Shown: positions 40,201 through 49,143 of the stretch, in pieces
Position numbering within the stretch: position 1 is the stretch's first letter
How the letters are laid out: every line of letters starts with the position of its first letter
Assembly: GCA_963777785.1 (NCBI GenBank)
Contig: CAVZRU010000003.1
Span: 111,301 to 175,300 of the forward strand
Origin: an uncultured Alphaproteobacteria bacterium
GTDB taxonomy: Bacteria > Pseudomonadota > Alphaproteobacteria > Sphingomonadales > Sphingomonadaceae
Reading direction: 5' to 3'
DNA length: 64,000 nucleotides
Notes under the pieces: generated by a model
Database searches by the model: none
What the model saw: the letters and a program-made list of their open reading frames with translations, nothing else
What the model was told of the DNA's origin: nothing
Translations under genes and position numbers: made by a program

Positions 40201-40519
40201 AGTTGGTGTCGGAGCTTGTGGAAACGTTTTGCGGCAGCAGTTGCAGCGTTTCACCAATGTTGACCTGGCCCATTTGCTCGATCGTTTCACCGCCGATCAC
40301 CGTCACTGGTGTGGAGGAGGTAAAGGTCGAGCGTGCAATGCGCGATCCGGTAACGACGATAGCGTCGCCTTGAGAAGCTGCTGGTTCCTCTGTTTCAGGC
40401 AACGTCGACGCTTCTTCTTGCCCGTCCTGAGCCCAGGCTATCGATGCCGGGGCAACCGCAGCGAGTGCCATCGCTACGACGGAGCTACGGCCCAAGAGTT
40501 TAATGGCGTGTGATTTCAT
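37295..40519 (-). CDS. TonB-dependent receptor (copy 2, intact, 1074 aa)
   Basis: Signal peptide, IVVTGSRI, plug domain, C-terminal GLRVKF. Confidence 0.96.
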   Translation of the reverse strand: MKSHAIKLLGRSSVVAMALAAVAPASIAWAQDGQEEASTLPETEEPAASQGDAIVVTGSRIARSTFTSSTPVTVIGGETIEQMGQVNIGETLQLLPQNVSTSSDTNFGLSSAAAGGNYDVGAQIANLRGLNPRNGVRTLTLVNTKRFVPSTTGGGVDGNLIPSMLVQSVETVTGGASAAYGTDALAGVVNIILDTQLQGIKAQVDYGETFRGDGSSFHVSLAGGTDFAGGAGHTIFGIEYQDSGEVGDCVYVREWCAKSPDIFVNSGFATNGLPAYIRGENGAYTNYDLQTVLRVSTQGNRTNPPGIRGLVFTEDGSRVIDYDPGDYVQSIGFGNRQGGDCLVDCSAWSEVQLRPEVERWSAFWHTEYELSPGLTASLEASYGKRKSSISSISLGPSSGTPLRTDNFFLQNAVYFDRDLGADVLLTDLIASQPPYPAANGGASQAPGVPSQALFIAKHFRNVPGGRSHFDTDLDTWRVMASLEGDLGDFLGGGWSWDAYYQYGKTKQQVDVTGIRVNKFFIYALDAVDEGLATTGVANGNVVCRATLPGPANTSTPGGYEQHWNQADAAGCVPLNILGRNTEDPAAVAYAFRDAHETFDYDQHVAAINFGGNLFDGWAGPIGLAFGGEYRFEKGLAEHTKLPFNVSNTNSPFGEDFGGSLKILEGYVETNIPLLADVPMVKYLELNGAWRHTYQTNADALSDLSKSQHFDTWKISGTWDVTDWLRFRATRSRDVRAASFVDLYFNSPDILSGPPAGTALNPWNVDGTGAALNDFALITYPPNPGLSPEIGNTFTAGVVLQPGGFMDGLRLSVDYYDIKISDAIVVLTTQQVVDACFKADVACGNIFNGSGTAFSELSAADRTDFETIVRGATNVGRFQQSGWDVELLYTLPLQNLSDSMPGTLTLRGLATITDKMQVDLGNGSGAIEYVNQTGGSAFGGFTAPSEYILNGYATYDVGGFSITADFRYIPDGIYDIRRCEVDVECASTNPNSINSNVVDSRLYTGLSTSYEFQLGGSSTAEIFLSIRNLFDVDPPNAPSNATGSLGPVQGVGGPTNPVFYDTLGARWRTGLRVKF

Positions 40520-40592
40520 GGCGAATTCTCTCCCCGCACTTCATCCCAAATTTGGTGTTGCCGCCCATTCTGACGAGCCTACACCGCTCAAT

Positions 40593-40606
40593 TGATACCG
40601 GTAACA
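40593..40606. promoter_or_regulatory. GntR(LacI)-type operator TGATACCGGTAACA
   Basis: 74 nt upstream of the receptor 2 start, equivalent to the site at receptor 1. Confidence 0.78.
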
Positions 40607-41221
40607 TTTGCGCCGGCATCATCAGTCTATTATTGCTCGCGGCATCAAACCTGACGTCGCGAGATCGAAAATTGCGTGAGCGGAAATCAAGAACACCGTT
40701 GATGCTTCGTTGCACCTTTGTACGTTGTCTCTATTCCGAGCCGGGCATCCTCCGATGGAAACGAAGCTATAGAAACCTGATTTGCACGCACAGAATATTC
40801 GGACATACTGAAAATTATTTCAGGCATACTGCTCCTAGGGAGGGGTTGCAGTTACCCTATCCATAAGATATTGATTTAGCAGGAAAAATATGGGCTAGGT
40901 GAGCAGCATTTGCGAGCTCATGTTGGGACGCCGAATCCTTAGATTAATCTGCGCTAGCCTGACTTTAACGCCTTCCTGCCGACCAATTCTGTCATGCCAA
41001 TAGCCATGACAGACCAATTTCGCCCCGAGTCGAAATCAGCTTGGCTGATATTGCTCCTGCGGCAGCGGCGTTGGTAACATTGTTCAGGGAAATAATTGCA
41101 ACTCAACACGACTTTGCCCGTCGGAACGATAAGCAAAGTGTATGATATAGCTTGGCAATAAGTCACAGGCTGCATGCTGCGTGCTCAGACCTTGCCGCAA
41201 GGGATCTCCCAGGTTCGGCGA

Positions 41222-42019
41222 TCAAGGCGCGGCAAATGGTTCCACATCAAGCCGCACGACACCTTCAATGTCTTTTTTGAAGGGTGCATACCGGCTCAGT
41301 ACCAAGGGATCGTGGCCGGGAATTATGTGTGCTGGAGAGGTCGCTAGTTCGCGCATCCGATCATATCCGGCCAGCATGTCTCCAACATCTTCGACGACGG
41401 GAAATGGCCGGTACTGTTCGAAATTCGCATAAAAATGTGCGGCGTCCGAACCCAGCACCACCCAGCCTCGCTTGGTTTTTACGCGGGTGACTTGCAGGCC
41501 ACGCGTGTGACCACCCACCCGGTGGACGGTGATGCCGGGAGTGACTTCGCTCTCGCCATCGTGAAAATGCACTCGATCCTGGAATACGCGAGTGACCATT
41601 GCGCCAACATCTTCAGGTTCATAGGCGTGCCGCATATAATCATGGCACATGCAGCGGCCAGTGCAGAATTCCATCTCCATATCCTGGATGTGGTATTTCG
41701 CGTTGGGAAACATCTCGCGATTGCCGGCATGATCGAAATGCATGTGCGAGATGATGATATCTTGCACCGAAGATGGCTCGATGCCGACGGCTTTAAGGCC
41801 CTGGTCCACAGGCCTGGTTATCGTGCGGCCACGCTTTTTCCCCATTGCGGCGTCAAAGCCAGTATCCAGCAAATAAGTCGATGTCTCACCGACAATCGCC
41901 CAAACGAAATAGTCGAGCGCCATCGGGCCATCATGTTCGTCACCGTTGATGAAGTTCGAACGAGCCGTACGGTCGTGGTGACCATACCGGATCGCATAAA
42001 TTTCGAACTCGTCAGACAT
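41222..42019 (-). CDS. Metallo-beta-lactamase fold hydrolase (AHL-lactonase family)
   Basis: LDTG, HMHFDH, GGHT.G.Q, SDAAH, PGHDP. Confidence 0.9.
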   Translation of the reverse strand: MSDEFEIYAIRYGHHDRTARSNFINGDEHDGPMALDYFVWAIVGETSTYLLDTGFDAAMGKKRGRTITRPVDQGLKAVGIEPSSVQDIIISHMHFDHAGNREMFPNAKYHIQDMEMEFCTGRCMCHDYMRHAYEPEDVGAMVTRVFQDRVHFHDGESEVTPGITVHRVGGHTRGLQVTRVKTKRGWVVLGSDAAHFYANFEQYRPFPVVEDVGDMLAGYDRMRELATSPAHIIPGHDPLVLSRYAPFKKDIEGVVRLDVEPFAAP

Positions 42020-42050
42020 CGTTTTTCCCATTTCTGCTTAATGACGAAAT

Positions 42051-42938
42051 TCAGGCTATTTCCACGCCTGCCCAATGTTCCACGATCTTGGCCATACAGG
42101 TGAAATCAGATTCAGGTCCGTAGAGGGCATTCGTGATGCTGAGCATGTTTCGGGCTGCGCTCCCTACTGGCATCGGGACGCCAAGCGCCTCGGCCTCCTC
42201 AAGGCAGAGACGCATGTCTTTAAGCGACAAGCCAGTCGCAAAGCCGAAATCGAAACCGCGGGTGAGAACCGAACGCGGTATCTTGTCTACTGTCGCACTG
42301 TTGCGGCCACTTGAAACATTGATGACGTCGAGCATCATCTGGGGATCCAGGCCTGCTTTTACGCCCAGAACCATTCCTTCCGAAGAGACAGCAAGCGCAG
42401 CCACGGAAAGGATATTGTTGATGAGCTTCATCATCTGACCTTGACCAGGCGTTTCTCCCACGTGAAACGTCTTGCCCAGGACTGCGAGCAAAGGCTCGAT
42501 TTCGGTCCAGACAGGGGTGGGGCAGGCCGCCATCAACGCAAGTGTACCCGCCAATGCGCCGGCGCGCCCTCCGCTGACAGGAGCGTCGGCGAAGGCAATA
42601 CCTGCTTCCTCCAATTGCGTTGCCACTTCGTGCGACATCCGCGGGCCTGTGGTGGACAGGTCGACGATAATCCGAGGGCGACCTTCCGCTAGACCGCCTT
42701 CGCCCAGCACAACTTCGCGCATGACGGGCGGAGTTGGCAGGCTGAGGAAAACGATGTCACTGCGTTTGCCCACTTCGGCGATGGAACTCGCCATCTGGCC
42801 GCCCGCTTCGGTCAGTGACTTCCCTGCCGCAACCGACTGGTCGAAGCCGATGACCGTATGTCCGGCGCTTGCCAATCTCGGAGCCATTGCGCTGCCCATG
42901 CTTCCGAGACCCACGAAACCCAGTATTGCTTCCGACAT
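42051..42938 (-). CDS. Beta-hydroxyacid dehydrogenase (3-hydroxyisobutyrate/tartronate semialdehyde reductase family)
   Basis: GFVGLGSMG, DAPVSGG, KLINN, KDM. Confidence 0.92.
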   Translation of the reverse strand: MSEAILGFVGLGSMGSAMAPRLASAGHTVIGFDQSVAAGKSLTEAGGQMASSIAEVGKRSDIVFLSLPTPPVMREVVLGEGGLAEGRPRIIVDLSTTGPRMSHEVATQLEEAGIAFADAPVSGGRAGALAGTLALMAACPTPVWTEIEPLLAVLGKTFHVGETPGQGQMMKLINNILSVAALAVSSEGMVLGVKAGLDPQMMLDVINVSSGRNSATVDKIPRSVLTRGFDFGFATGLSLKDMRLCLEEAEALGVPMPVGSAARNMLSITNALYGPESDFTCMAKIVEHWAGVEIA

Positions 42939-42952
42939 ATTCAATAAAATCC

Positions 42953-43753
42953 TTAGCTTTGTGCCAGCCATCCGCCTTCGATAGGCAGGATGGCACCGTT
43001 CATATCGAGGCCCGCCGGTCCACAAAGCATCAGCATGACCTCAGTAATGGATGCGGGATCGACAAAGCGGCCACTTGGTTGCTTGCCTGCCAGGAACTTA
43101 CGTTCGGCGTCTTCCCTGGTAAGACCCTCTTTCTCGACGATCTCGTTAATTCGCAGGTCAATGCTCGGAGTGAGCACCGTCCCAGGCGTCAACGCATGGC
43201 AACTGACCGGTCCGCCGGCAACTTCCAGCGCAACAGCTCGAGTAAAACCTTGAAGTGCTGTCTTGGTAGTAACGTAGTCCACTCGATTTATGGTCGCGCG
43301 CGACCCAAAGACAGACGTCAGATTAAAAATCCGGCCATAGCCGGACGCGTGCATTACCGGGAGCAGGCGCTGTGTAGCGATAAATGCTGCACTTAGATTT
43401 ACGGCAAGAGCTCGATTCCAGTGTTGCAGCGGAAAGTCAGCGATAGGTGCGAAGTGCCTGACAACGGCATTGTTGACCAGAATTTCGGCCGACCCGAAGC
43501 GGTTGATCGTCGCGTCGACCAGGCCTGCAACTTCGTTTTCCAGCGACAGGTCGGCTCTGTGATAATCACATTCAACCTGGTGTTCATCCGCCAACTGCGC
43601 GCACATGGCCTGGCAGTCGCCAGGAGAGGCCAGGTCTCCAATCATTACATTTGCGCCGGCGGATGCAAGCGAGCGCGCCATAGCCGCGCCAAGGCCGCCA
43701 ATTGCCCCGGTCACAAGCGCGGTGCGACCTGTGAGAAAGCGATCGTCAGCCAT
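42953..43753 (-). CDS. SDR oxidoreductase, 3-hydroxybutyrate dehydrogenase-like
   Basis: TGAIGGLG, NNAVVRH, YVTTK, PG.VLTP, KQPSGRF. Confidence 0.88.
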   Translation of the reverse strand: MADDRFLTGRTALVTGAIGGLGAAMARSLASAGANVMIGDLASPGDCQAMCAQLADEHQVECDYHRADLSLENEVAGLVDATINRFGSAEILVNNAVVRHFAPIADFPLQHWNRALAVNLSAAFIATQRLLPVMHASGYGRIFNLTSVFGSRATINRVDYVTTKTALQGFTRAVALEVAGGPVSCHALTPGTVLTPSIDLRINEIVEKEGLTREDAERKFLAGKQPSGRFVDPASITEVMLMLCGPAGLDMNGAILPIEGGWLAQS

Positions 43754-45173
43754 GGTTCGTCTCATTGCTGGATGAAGGCACCATCAATTTCGTAATAATA
43801 GTGCTGTCCTTCAACCGTTCGAGTTGCAGCGTCTCTTCTATGACTCGTTCGATGGTTTCAGTTTTGAGCACGCCATCGGTATTCTCGCGAAACTTCGCGA
43901 CGATCTCAGCCTCAGTCATAGGGTTCTCCGCAGAACCGCGATTATTCTCTTCGATTTCTTCCAGTATGGTCCCATCCGTAAGTTCGATACGGACGATGCC
44001 CTTGAATTGTTCAGGGCCAGGAAGCGTGCTGTCCTCGACATAATCGATCCGATCGGCGATCGAGAGGATTGTGGGATCGCGCAAAGATCGCTCTGTATAC
44101 GAATGACGGCCGAGCACTCCTGTCACCAGTGCTTCCGCTAGCGTATACTGTAGACTTACGCGTCCGTGAGAATCAGTCAGGGGCCGCCTTTTTTCGACGA
44201 GCGGTTCGCAGACAATGCCAACGATGTAGGGTGCAACGGGACATACAACTCGTGCCACTTGTTCTGGCTTTAACCCATGTTTGCTTCGCAGCCGCAAGAT
44301 TGCGCTGATGTAAGGGTGTATCACGTGCGCAGCGGGGAAGGGCTTGAACGACGCATTGCGGCTGTCCCAGCGATCTCCGAGGTCGACCGTCAAGCGCTCC
44401 AAGTCACAAATAGGTTCGTCTGTTTGCAAGTGTGATGCGAAAAGGCCCCAGCGGCCTTCGAATACTTCTGCCGGGCCGGTTGCCCCCTCTCCGGCCAACT
44501 TCGCTGCGACGATCCCGCTTTGCGCGGCCCAGCCAGGGTGAAGAAATTTGGACTGCGTCCCGTCAACCCAGCATTGGACAAGACCGGAAGCAAAACTGCC
44601 AACAATTCCCAGCGCATTTTCAATCTTGTCGGCTTCAAGCCGCAGCATTGAGCTGCCGAGGCAGGCTATGCCGAACGGCGCAAAGAGCGCGGAAGGGTGA
44701 AATCCCCGCTTGTGGAATTGACTGGGTGCGACGCTGCCGGCCCGGCAGGCAATCTCATTCGATATAGCCACCGCGGTTATCAGTTCGCGCCCGCCAGCGC
44801 TCAAATCATCGGCCAAAGCCATAGCTGCCGCTACTGACGGACTGCTCATATGGACGATCGACTTATTGTGAGTGTCGTCATATTCCAAGGCCTGCGAAAG
44901 CGCGCCGTTGATCAACGCCGCTCCTAGGACACTGCAGGTATCCTGGGTTCCCCAAAGGCGGCTTCCTGGCCCCGGATAAAGTGAGGCTGCACGTTTGACC
45001 GACGCGCCGAATGGCGTCGTTCCCCCCGCCACGGAAAGGCCGATTACATCGAGCACGCGCAATTTCGTTGACGCGACTACATCGTCGGGGATCTCATCAA
45101 AGCTTGCCTGTTCGACCCACTTGGCAATGATTTTTGAATAGGTGTCCAAGACGCTTCCAAGCTGCTCTGACAA
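43746..45173 (-). CDS. MmgE/PrpD family protein (copy 1)
   Basis: LEYDDTH...H, GFH, K.LH.G, FEGRWG, FKPFP, RG...NPM..KF. Confidence 0.92.
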   Translation of the reverse strand: MSEQLGSVLDTYSKIIAKWVEQASFDEIPDDVVASTKLRVLDVIGLSVAGGTTPFGASVKRAASLYPGPGSRLWGTQDTCSVLGAALINGALSQALEYDDTHNKSIVHMSSPSVAAAMALADDLSAGGRELITAVAISNEIACRAGSVAPSQFHKRGFHPSALFAPFGIACLGSSMLRLEADKIENALGIVGSFASGLVQCWVDGTQSKFLHPGWAAQSGIVAAKLAGEGATGPAEVFEGRWGLFASHLQTDEPICDLERLTVDLGDRWDSRNASFKPFPAAHVIHPYISAILRLRSKHGLKPEQVARVVCPVAPYIVGIVCEPLVEKRRPLTDSHGRVSLQYTLAEALVTGVLGRHSYTERSLRDPTILSIADRIDYVEDSTLPGPEQFKGIVRIELTDGTILEEIEENNRGSAENPMTEAEIVAKFRENTDGVLKTETIERVIEETLQLERLKDSTIITKLMVPSSSNETNHG

Positions 45174-45178
45174 TAAAA

Positions 45179-45192
45179 AGGTACCGGTATCA
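45179..45192. promoter_or_regulatory. GntR(LacI)-type operator AGGTACCGGTATCA
   Basis: Directly upstream of the PrpD-like start and divergent from the LacI gene. Confidence 0.78.
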
Positions 45193-45358
45193 AGATCCCG
45201 TTACGCTGCCGTAACGGAGGGTGCAAGAGGTGCATTACCACGCAAGCCGGCCGATAGCTGGTATAGTAGATATCCGGTGCCTTGATCGCTGAAATCTGCC
45301 AAAAGAGCATCCGGCGGCATCTCTGCCCCATTGGGTCTGCATTTTTGGGAGGCAACGG

Positions 45359-46373
45359 TTGCCTGCTTCGAAGAGTTCTAACGAGTTCGGTTCGGATGCG
45401 CGATGTTGCGGAGCGCGCTTGCGTGTCGCGAATGACCGTGTCTCGCGCACTCAACAAACCGGAATCGGTAAAACCCGAATTGCGCCAAAGAGTGCTCGAT
45501 GCCGTCCAGGAACTCGGCTACGTTCACAATCACTTGGCACGGAGCTTATCGTCAAGCCGATCAAATGTGATCGGCCTCGTCCTACCTAGCCTTGAAAACT
45601 CGATCTTCGCGCAAACCGTAAAGGGTATCTCGGACGTTCTGCGGCCGTTGGGATATCATCTGATGTTGGCTGAAAGCCCGGACGATCCGGATGAGCAGGA
45701 GCAAGTGATTAGCGCCTTCGTCGCCCAGCGGGTGGGCGGGCTCATACTACATGGCACCGTTCATACTCCCGCTTCTGTTCGGATGCTGCAGGCTTCGCAT
45801 ACACCGGTCGTCGAGAATGGAGATTTGCCCACCGATCCAATCGATATGGTGGTCAGCTATTCCAACCGGGATGCCGCCAAAGCCATGACTTTGCACCTTG
45901 CACGGCTCGGCTACTCGAATATCGCTTTTGCAGGTCTGGCCTCCAACCCTCGCGCCGAGGAACGCCAGTTGGGATTTCTCGAAGCGTTAAAGGAAATTGG
46001 GCATCAGCCTGATCCCAAGCAGATCGTGCGTGTCTCACGGGGATTTACAGGCGGTGCTGAAGCGATCGCTTACGTTGACTCGCATTATCCGGAGGCGGAT
46101 GCGCTGTTCTGTGCCGGCGACGTCATGGCGGTTGGCGCATTGTTCGATTGCGATCGGCGCGGTTGGGCAATTCCTGAAAGGCTCGCCATAGCGAGCTTCG
46201 ACGATGTCGATCTGATGCGCCATGTGAGCCCGGCAATTACCTCCCTGCGCCTGCCCAGATATGAGATCGGTCGCCGGAGCGCGGAGTTGTTGTTGCAGCG
46301 AATTGCGGGTCGCAAGCCGACGGTCACCTTGGTCGATCTAGGGTTTGAAATACTTCAGCGTGCGAGCACCTAA
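45359..46373 (+). CDS. LacI-family regulator resembling E. coli GntR (start uncertain: ATG 45396, or TTG 45359 with a +1 error)
   Basis: RDVA...VSRMTVSR.L..PE.V, LGY, IG.VLPSL.N.IF; GGAGG lies upstream of TTG 45359. Confidence 0.92.
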
Positions 46374-46575
46374 TAGTTCAGTAGGCGCTTCAGGAGGCTT
46401 TTGATTTCGCTTGTTTCTTTGCCGAGGGGCGAACATTGCCGCTAATTTGGGCAGCGGAAGAATATTAGGACGCGAGCGCGCCTAGCTCCGAGGCCGGATA
46501 GCGCTCGTCACCGGCAGCGCGCGAGGCATCGGCGGGATAACTCTAGCGGTCGACGACGGACATCTGGCAGAATGA

Positions 46576-48183
46576 TCAGCCTCGGATAGCGAGTATCTGG
46601 GCGTCGTAACTCTCCGGGTTCACCTTCACGTCGATCAGCGATGGTCTGCCGCTTGCCAGTGCCTCGGCGAATGCTGCGGGCAGATCAGCAGCAAGTTCCA
46701 CGCGGCGGCTGTGCCAACCAAAGCCGGCCGCAATGATCGCAAAATCAGTGTCGGAGAAGTCTACGCCGGCCGCCGCGAGCTGGCGCCGCTTTTGCTTGGC
46801 GCCAATCAAAGTCAGGGCTGAATCGTTGAAAACCACCACGATGGGCGCGCAGTTCTGTTGGATGGCAGTGCCCATTTCCCCCAAACACATCATGATGCCG
46901 CCATCGCCTGTGAATGCTACGGTGGTGCAATCCGGCTCTGCAAGTGCTGCAGCAATTGCCGCTGGCAATGCAAATCCCATGGTCGAGAGTCCGCGCGAGA
47001 TGAGCGAATGATTGGGCTCCTCGCACTGCCATAAATGCAGCACCGGTAACATGTGGGCTCCGGCATCGATCGTGATGCGCGCATTGGCGGGCAGCGCGGC
47101 CTTGGCGGCTTCGACGAGTTCAGCGGGCGATATGCCGTCCGGCGATGGTACGAGCGCTGCGGACCATAGATCCTGTTTACGCTTGGCCAGTTCGTCGGCA
47201 GCCCAGCCACTCGTGTCTACTTGGTCGGCGAGCATCTCGATCGAAGCGGAGATGTCTCCTGTCACAGAAACTGTGGGCTCTATCAGTTTGTGAGCGAAGG
47301 CGTGATTGGTGAGCTCTATGCTTGGAGTGCCCGCGTATCGCCAAGGCTGTGGAGGACCTTCCACGGCATCGAAACCATACAGGATGATCAGGTCGGCCGA
47401 GGCCATCAACGGCTCTTCCGCGACACCGCCAGCATACATCCCCAGGCCCAACGGTTCATGCTCTGAGACGACGCCCTTGGCCTTGTAGGTTGCGAGCACA
47501 GGGCAGCCGGTTAGCGATACGAAATTGCGTAGCGCCAGCACTGCTTCCGGGGAGCGTGCCTGCAAACCTGCCAGAACGATTGGCCGGCGGGCCTCGGAGA
47601 GCAACGCCTTTGCTTTCAAAAGCGCGTTCTCGTCGGGAGCGGAGAGAGCGGGCTTCGAGCGCCGAGCTGCTGTGCCGGAATAGGGTCCGCGAATGAAGGA
47701 GCCCGCGACCTCAAGATATGTCGGCCCCGGGCAGGCGCCTTGCGAGGCTTCGATAAGCCGTTCGAGCTCTCCAAGCGGGTCGGCATCGCGTAAATTCGAC
47801 GAAGCCCGCAGCATCGGGGCAAGAATGGATGTCTGGTCTATGCGCTGATGGCTGATGAAGCTCTGGTCGTCTTCATACCCATCAGCAATCAGTAGCAGCG
47901 GCACTCGGTCAAGATCGGCATAAGCAATACCGTTGGTGGCTGCCGCCAGGCCGGGGCCTCGCGTGGTCATGGCGACCCCGAGCGATCCCGTGAGTTCCGA
48001 CACGACACAAGCCATCATCACCGCAGAGGTTTCGGTGCGGGTCAAGACGAAGCGAACACCCAGCTTATCGCAAGCGGCGATGAAGTCGAGATTGCACTCG
48101 CCTCCGGGCACACCGAAAATGAAGCGGACGTCGGCCTCGGCAAGGCGCGCGACCATTGCCTCTACGACGGTTTCTGCTGGCAT
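46576..48183 (-). CDS. Thiamine diphosphate-dependent enzyme (acetolactate synthase-like)
   Basis: FGVPG, GPG, MGFALPAA, GDG...ND motif. Confidence 0.92.
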   Translation of the reverse strand: MPAETVVEAMVARLAEADVRFIFGVPGGECNLDFIAACDKLGVRFVLTRTETSAVMMACVVSELTGSLGVAMTTRGPGLAAATNGIAYADLDRVPLLLIADGYEDDQSFISHQRIDQTSILAPMLRASSNLRDADPLGELERLIEASQGACPGPTYLEVAGSFIRGPYSGTAARRSKPALSAPDENALLKAKALLSEARRPIVLAGLQARSPEAVLALRNFVSLTGCPVLATYKAKGVVSEHEPLGLGMYAGGVAEEPLMASADLIILYGFDAVEGPPQPWRYAGTPSIELTNHAFAHKLIEPTVSVTGDISASIEMLADQVDTSGWAADELAKRKQDLWSAALVPSPDGISPAELVEAAKAALPANARITIDAGAHMLPVLHLWQCEEPNHSLISRGLSTMGFALPAAIAAALAEPDCTTVAFTGDGGIMMCLGEMGTAIQQNCAPIVVVFNDSALTLIGAKQKRRQLAAAGVDFSDTDFAIIAAGFGWHSRRVELAADLPAAFAEALASGRPSLIDVKVNPESYDAQILAIRG

Positions 48184-48225
48184 GGTGCGAGGCTTCCTTT
48201 GACGCGGGCAATCAAACTCTTGAGA

Positions 48226-49143
48226 TTAGCGTGGCTGTTCCAAAGTGGGCCCGACATCGGTTAGTGTCACGCGCCGCAGATCGCGCGGATGGGTCTTGTC
48301 TGCAAACCGTGTCCCGCGATGCATCGTGGTGCGATTGTCCCAGATTACGAGGTCGCCCACAGTCCATTCGTGGGAATACACGAACTCCCGCTGGGTCGCG
48401 AATTCGATGAGGTGACGGATGAGAGCCATGGCCTCGGGGCGCGACCAACCTTCGATCGCTCCGATATGCGCAGACAAGTAGAGCGAAAGGCGTCCGGATT
48501 CTGCATGACGCCTCACAAGACGTTGGGGGACGGGTTTGCAGCGGTCGGCTTCTTCCGGGCTGAATGCGTCGAAGCCAAGCTGTGAACGCGAGTAGATCAG
48601 GGAGTGAAGCGCGACGAGATCGTTGACTTCCGCCTTCACATCGTCGGGAAGGTGATCCCAAGCGACCCGCATGTCCGCAAATTCGGTTTCACCACCGACT
48701 GGCGGAATCACCTTGGCCTGCAGCATCGACCAATAGGCCGGCGTCGGCTTGAAACTGCTGTCGCTGTGCCAAAGCAGATTGCCCAGGTTGAACATGCGGC
48801 GGCGATCGTCGGCGGCCCAGATCTGGCCGTCGGGGCCGAGGTTCGAAATGTCGTTGATCTTCAGGTTAGGCAGGCGACGGCGTTCCTGATCGACAAGAGT
48901 GGGGGTGTCTTCCACCTCTCCAAACTGCTGGGCGAATGCTTCCTGTTGATCGTCGTCCATCGTCTGGCCGGGAAAGACGACGACGGCATATTTATCCATC
49001 GCTGCTCTGACGGCCACTTTCTGCGCTTCATTAAGCGGTTGCCGCAGATCGACGTAATCGGCGCGGGCGGCGAAGTAGGGGTGCACCGGCGTGAAGGAAA
49101 TCGCACTTTCTTTAGTGTCGAGTGAGGCGGTTGCGGTGGACAC
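48226..49143 (-). CDS. TauD/TfdA family Fe(II)/2-oxoglutarate dioxygenase (TfdA/SdpA-like)
   Basis: WHSDSSF, GGETEFADMR, HSL.YSR, WDNR.TMHR; GTG start with GGAGG. Confidence 0.92.
   Translation of the reverse strand: MSTATASLDTKESAISFTPVHPYFAARADYVDLRQPLNEAQKVAVRAAMDKYAVVVFPGQTMDDDQQEAFAQQFGEVEDTPTLVDQERRRLPNLKINDISNLGPDGQIWAADDRRRMFNLGNLLWHSDSSFKPTPAYWSMLQAKVIPPVGGETEFADMRVAWDHLPDDVKAEVNDLVALHSLIYSRSQLGFDAFSPEEADRCKPVPQRLVRRHAESGRLSLYLSAHIGAIEGWSRPEAMALIRHLIEFATQREFVYSHEWTVGDLVIWDNRTTMHRGTRFADKTHPRDLRRVTLTDVGPTLEQPR

Noticed and set aside
41222-42019. Antibiotic-resistance beta-lactamase
   Set aside because: The HxHxDH plus D and GHD pattern, lack of a signal peptide and catabolic context fit the lactonase branch of the MBL fold
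47038-47052. Operator-like CACCGGTAACA inside the ThDP gene
   Set aside because: Only a partial match, deep in coding sequence and far from any promoter
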